A stretch of DNA of 64,000 bases from Babesia bigemina (lineage: Eukaryota), in the NCBI RefSeq assembly GCF_000981445.1, contig NC_027219.1, positions 310,001-374,000 on the forward strand, written 5' to 3'. Below, in pieces: positions 61,829-64,000 of this stretch. Each line of letters opens with the position of its first letter. Positions within the stretch are counted from its first letter, which is position 1. The translations under genes were made by a program, and so were the position numbers. The notes under the pieces are model-generated. The model saw only the letters and a list, made by a program, of their open reading frames with translations. It had not been told where the DNA came from and did not search any database.

Positions 61829-62990
61829 CTTAAATAGCAGAGGTGGTACCTTCAAATATTAAGCGGTGAATCTTGCAAACGTTTTGCTGTTGTGGAGGCC
61901 AGCGCACTTCCTGTCGTCTATTGCTGTTTCTGAGCGCATGTGATTTTTGAAAAAACCCCGCAGCAATCACGCAATAGTTCTGGTACTACTCGTTTGCACG
62001 CAAATATCGCATCGGTTACGACGTAGGACAACACAAACGCCAGCGCGTGACACCTTGCAATGGTTCGCAGTGCCACTACTGCTGCGTACCTATTCTACCA
62101 GCTTACGCGCGCATTCGGTTGAATTGCGCGTTTTGAGGTACAGTCAATTACAAATGTCTAACCATCCGCAATGCGGCTGTACACGGCAGCGGAGCTCCCG
62201 CGTCACAAGGGTCGCGTTGCCTTAGTGTACACGCCGTTGCATCAAAGTAGTATCACAGACGCGTCTATAAATTGAGCATCCGAATCACCGTATGAACAGT
62301 GCAATAACAAGCCACATAAGCAGACGCGCTCCGTTGGCGGGATGTGCAACGACAGTATTACGGCCTCGGAGAACGATTTTACTCCCCAGCAATACAAATG
62401 TAAAATAAAACCACAAATTGACAACTTACTTTATATAGTTTTGAAGGTCTCCGTATCGAGCCGGTGCCGCCTGTTCTTATTGCAGTTGTTAAAGCCGTTT
62501 CCTTCGATCCACGTTAGCGCACAGCGAATTATAATAAAAATAAATTGATGCACATACGGTTGCTGCAGTTTCGATTCTCGCGAAAGCTGATTTACTTTCG
62601 TATCCTTTCCTTCGAAACACACATCAACTTCGCGGCGGAGAAAGACGCGTAAGCAGCGATATTTCTATCTACATACGCCAGCAACCGGCAACATCGTGTC
62701 TTTTGTTTTAGTAAAACTGTGGCGCCGTGATCTACGTCGTACACGGCGTGGTCAACCGTCGTGAGTGGCAGCGGGTGTTAAAGGCTGCTTTACTTGCTGA
62801 CTATTTCCAATACCATAGACGATACGATACATTGCCATGTCATCAACGGTGTACAAAGTCGACGATCATCACTGTCGCAGAGGCGGCAAGGAGTTTGTCG
62901 TGCCGCTAACCCTATATGTCTACTCCCGGTGTCTGGACTCTGACGCCTCTAGAGTCACTGAAAATGCCGCCCTGAAGGTCTTATTCCGCG

Positions 62991-63416
62991 ATGCAGCGGG
63001 CTTGTGAGATGGTCGTACCGCTTCTGCGGACGGATGCGGCGAGCCAGTGGTGTCCGTTCCACGCTCTAAATGTGCAGATCTTGCAGCTGTTGCTGAACGA
63101 GGGTTTCATCCGTGGATATTCCGTACACGGCGATCGCATAAATATTCTACTTAAGCATTACAAGGGTGCTCCTGTGCGTCTTTCTATTGTGCAGTCTAAT
63201 TTTGTTTAGGTGATCCGTAACGTGCGTGTGATTTCTAAGCCGAGCCGGGACATCTGGGTGACTCCGCATGAGCTGAAAAGTCGTACGCGTTTCAACACAG
63301 GGCTTTGGGTACTGCAGACGTCGTGTGGCGTGGTCTCCCACCGCGATTGCATCCGCATGGGCATTGGCGGCAAGATGTTGTTCGCAGTTAACAACAACTA
63401 TCAGCACTTCTCATGA
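62991..63416 (+). CDS. Mitochondrial ribosomal protein uS8m, 2 exons
   Basis: ILQLLLNEGFIRGY...I.LKHY, ISKPSR, and GLWVLQTSCGVVSHRDC...GIGGKML (uS8 signature). Confidence 0.88.
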
Positions 63417-64000
63417 TTTAACTCGCCACAATGATGCCGAATACAGTTGCAAACATTTCCGTAACTAACGCTGGTGAACAATGATTAGGAGATAGCAACG
63501 CTGATGATGTAACGTATACGCGTGTTACCATGCCTGCCGCAAAAAATTTATAACTGCAAAGCTTGCAGTCATGATTGGTTCAACGCGTTTCCGCTACCCA
63601 GCAGTGCGGAAACCCTTTTTTAATATAAAGGGCTCCCACCGCCGGTGTTGAGCTTAGGTCTCAGTAGCGGCGATGAATACGCGCCATCTAAGCTAAGACA
63701 GACGTGCACCAAACGCTCCGACAGACGTTACACCGTATAAAGTTTGTTATTTGACCCGTATGAAACGGCATCAACAAAGAATCTTTTCGTTAATTTTTAA
63801 CGCAGAACAAGGCACACAGGTTCACCATTTATGAAAACGTGGTATGTGTCAATAACACAGACGGTTGATAACGAATGAATTTAAAATTTGTATGCAATTC
63901 GCGATAATATTTTTGAGCATTTCTTCCGCAGCGCTCTGCCATAGAGCGGTCAGACGCCCCCCGCGACGGCGCATTGGAATCTTCATCGCAACGGCGTATC

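Noticed and set aside
62916..62990. In-frame upstream ATG with TGA at 62973 before uS8m (readthrough or Sec?)
   Set aside because: No SECIS or conservation evidence. It is most simply a chance uORF, and ATG 62991 gives a near-complete uS8.

Overview
This is eukaryotic, gene-dense DNA with many short (about 30-40 nt) GT-AG introns. The H2B.Z variant histone, an apicoplast-type MetRS, a 6-Cys fragment and a ves/ebh-like family gene point to an apicomplexan piroplasm, most likely Babesia of the B. bigemina/B. ovata type (inferred from family recognition, not a database search). About 30 housekeeping genes can be reconstructed: RLP24, prefoldin, SKP1, SR/RRM proteins, H2B.Z, uS5m, HSP60, a Cid1-type nucleotidyltransferase, PhLP3, RMI1, MetAP1, GBP2, PPPDE, DNAJC21, a mitochondrial carrier, MetRS, UTP25, a RING E3, cyclin L, Rab11A and uS8m. 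There are also three tRNA-Pro genes (TGG, CGG, AGG). The most notable observations are: (1) a decayed non-LTR retrotransposon reverse-transcriptase fragment at about 36449-36720, in a lineage regarded as essentially transposon-free; (2) a spliced gene resembling the NELF-A N-terminal domain; (3) a probably mitochondrial protein made of an SRP54/Ffh M-domain only (mL105-like); (4) an apparently exact 2420-bp direct duplication flanking the RMI1 and MetAP1 genes; (5) a tRNA-Pro-bounded island holding variant-family genes; (6) candidate Ac45/VOA1-like and pseudo-PAP2 membrane proteins. Exon boundaries were assembled by eye, and some starts and ends are approximate.
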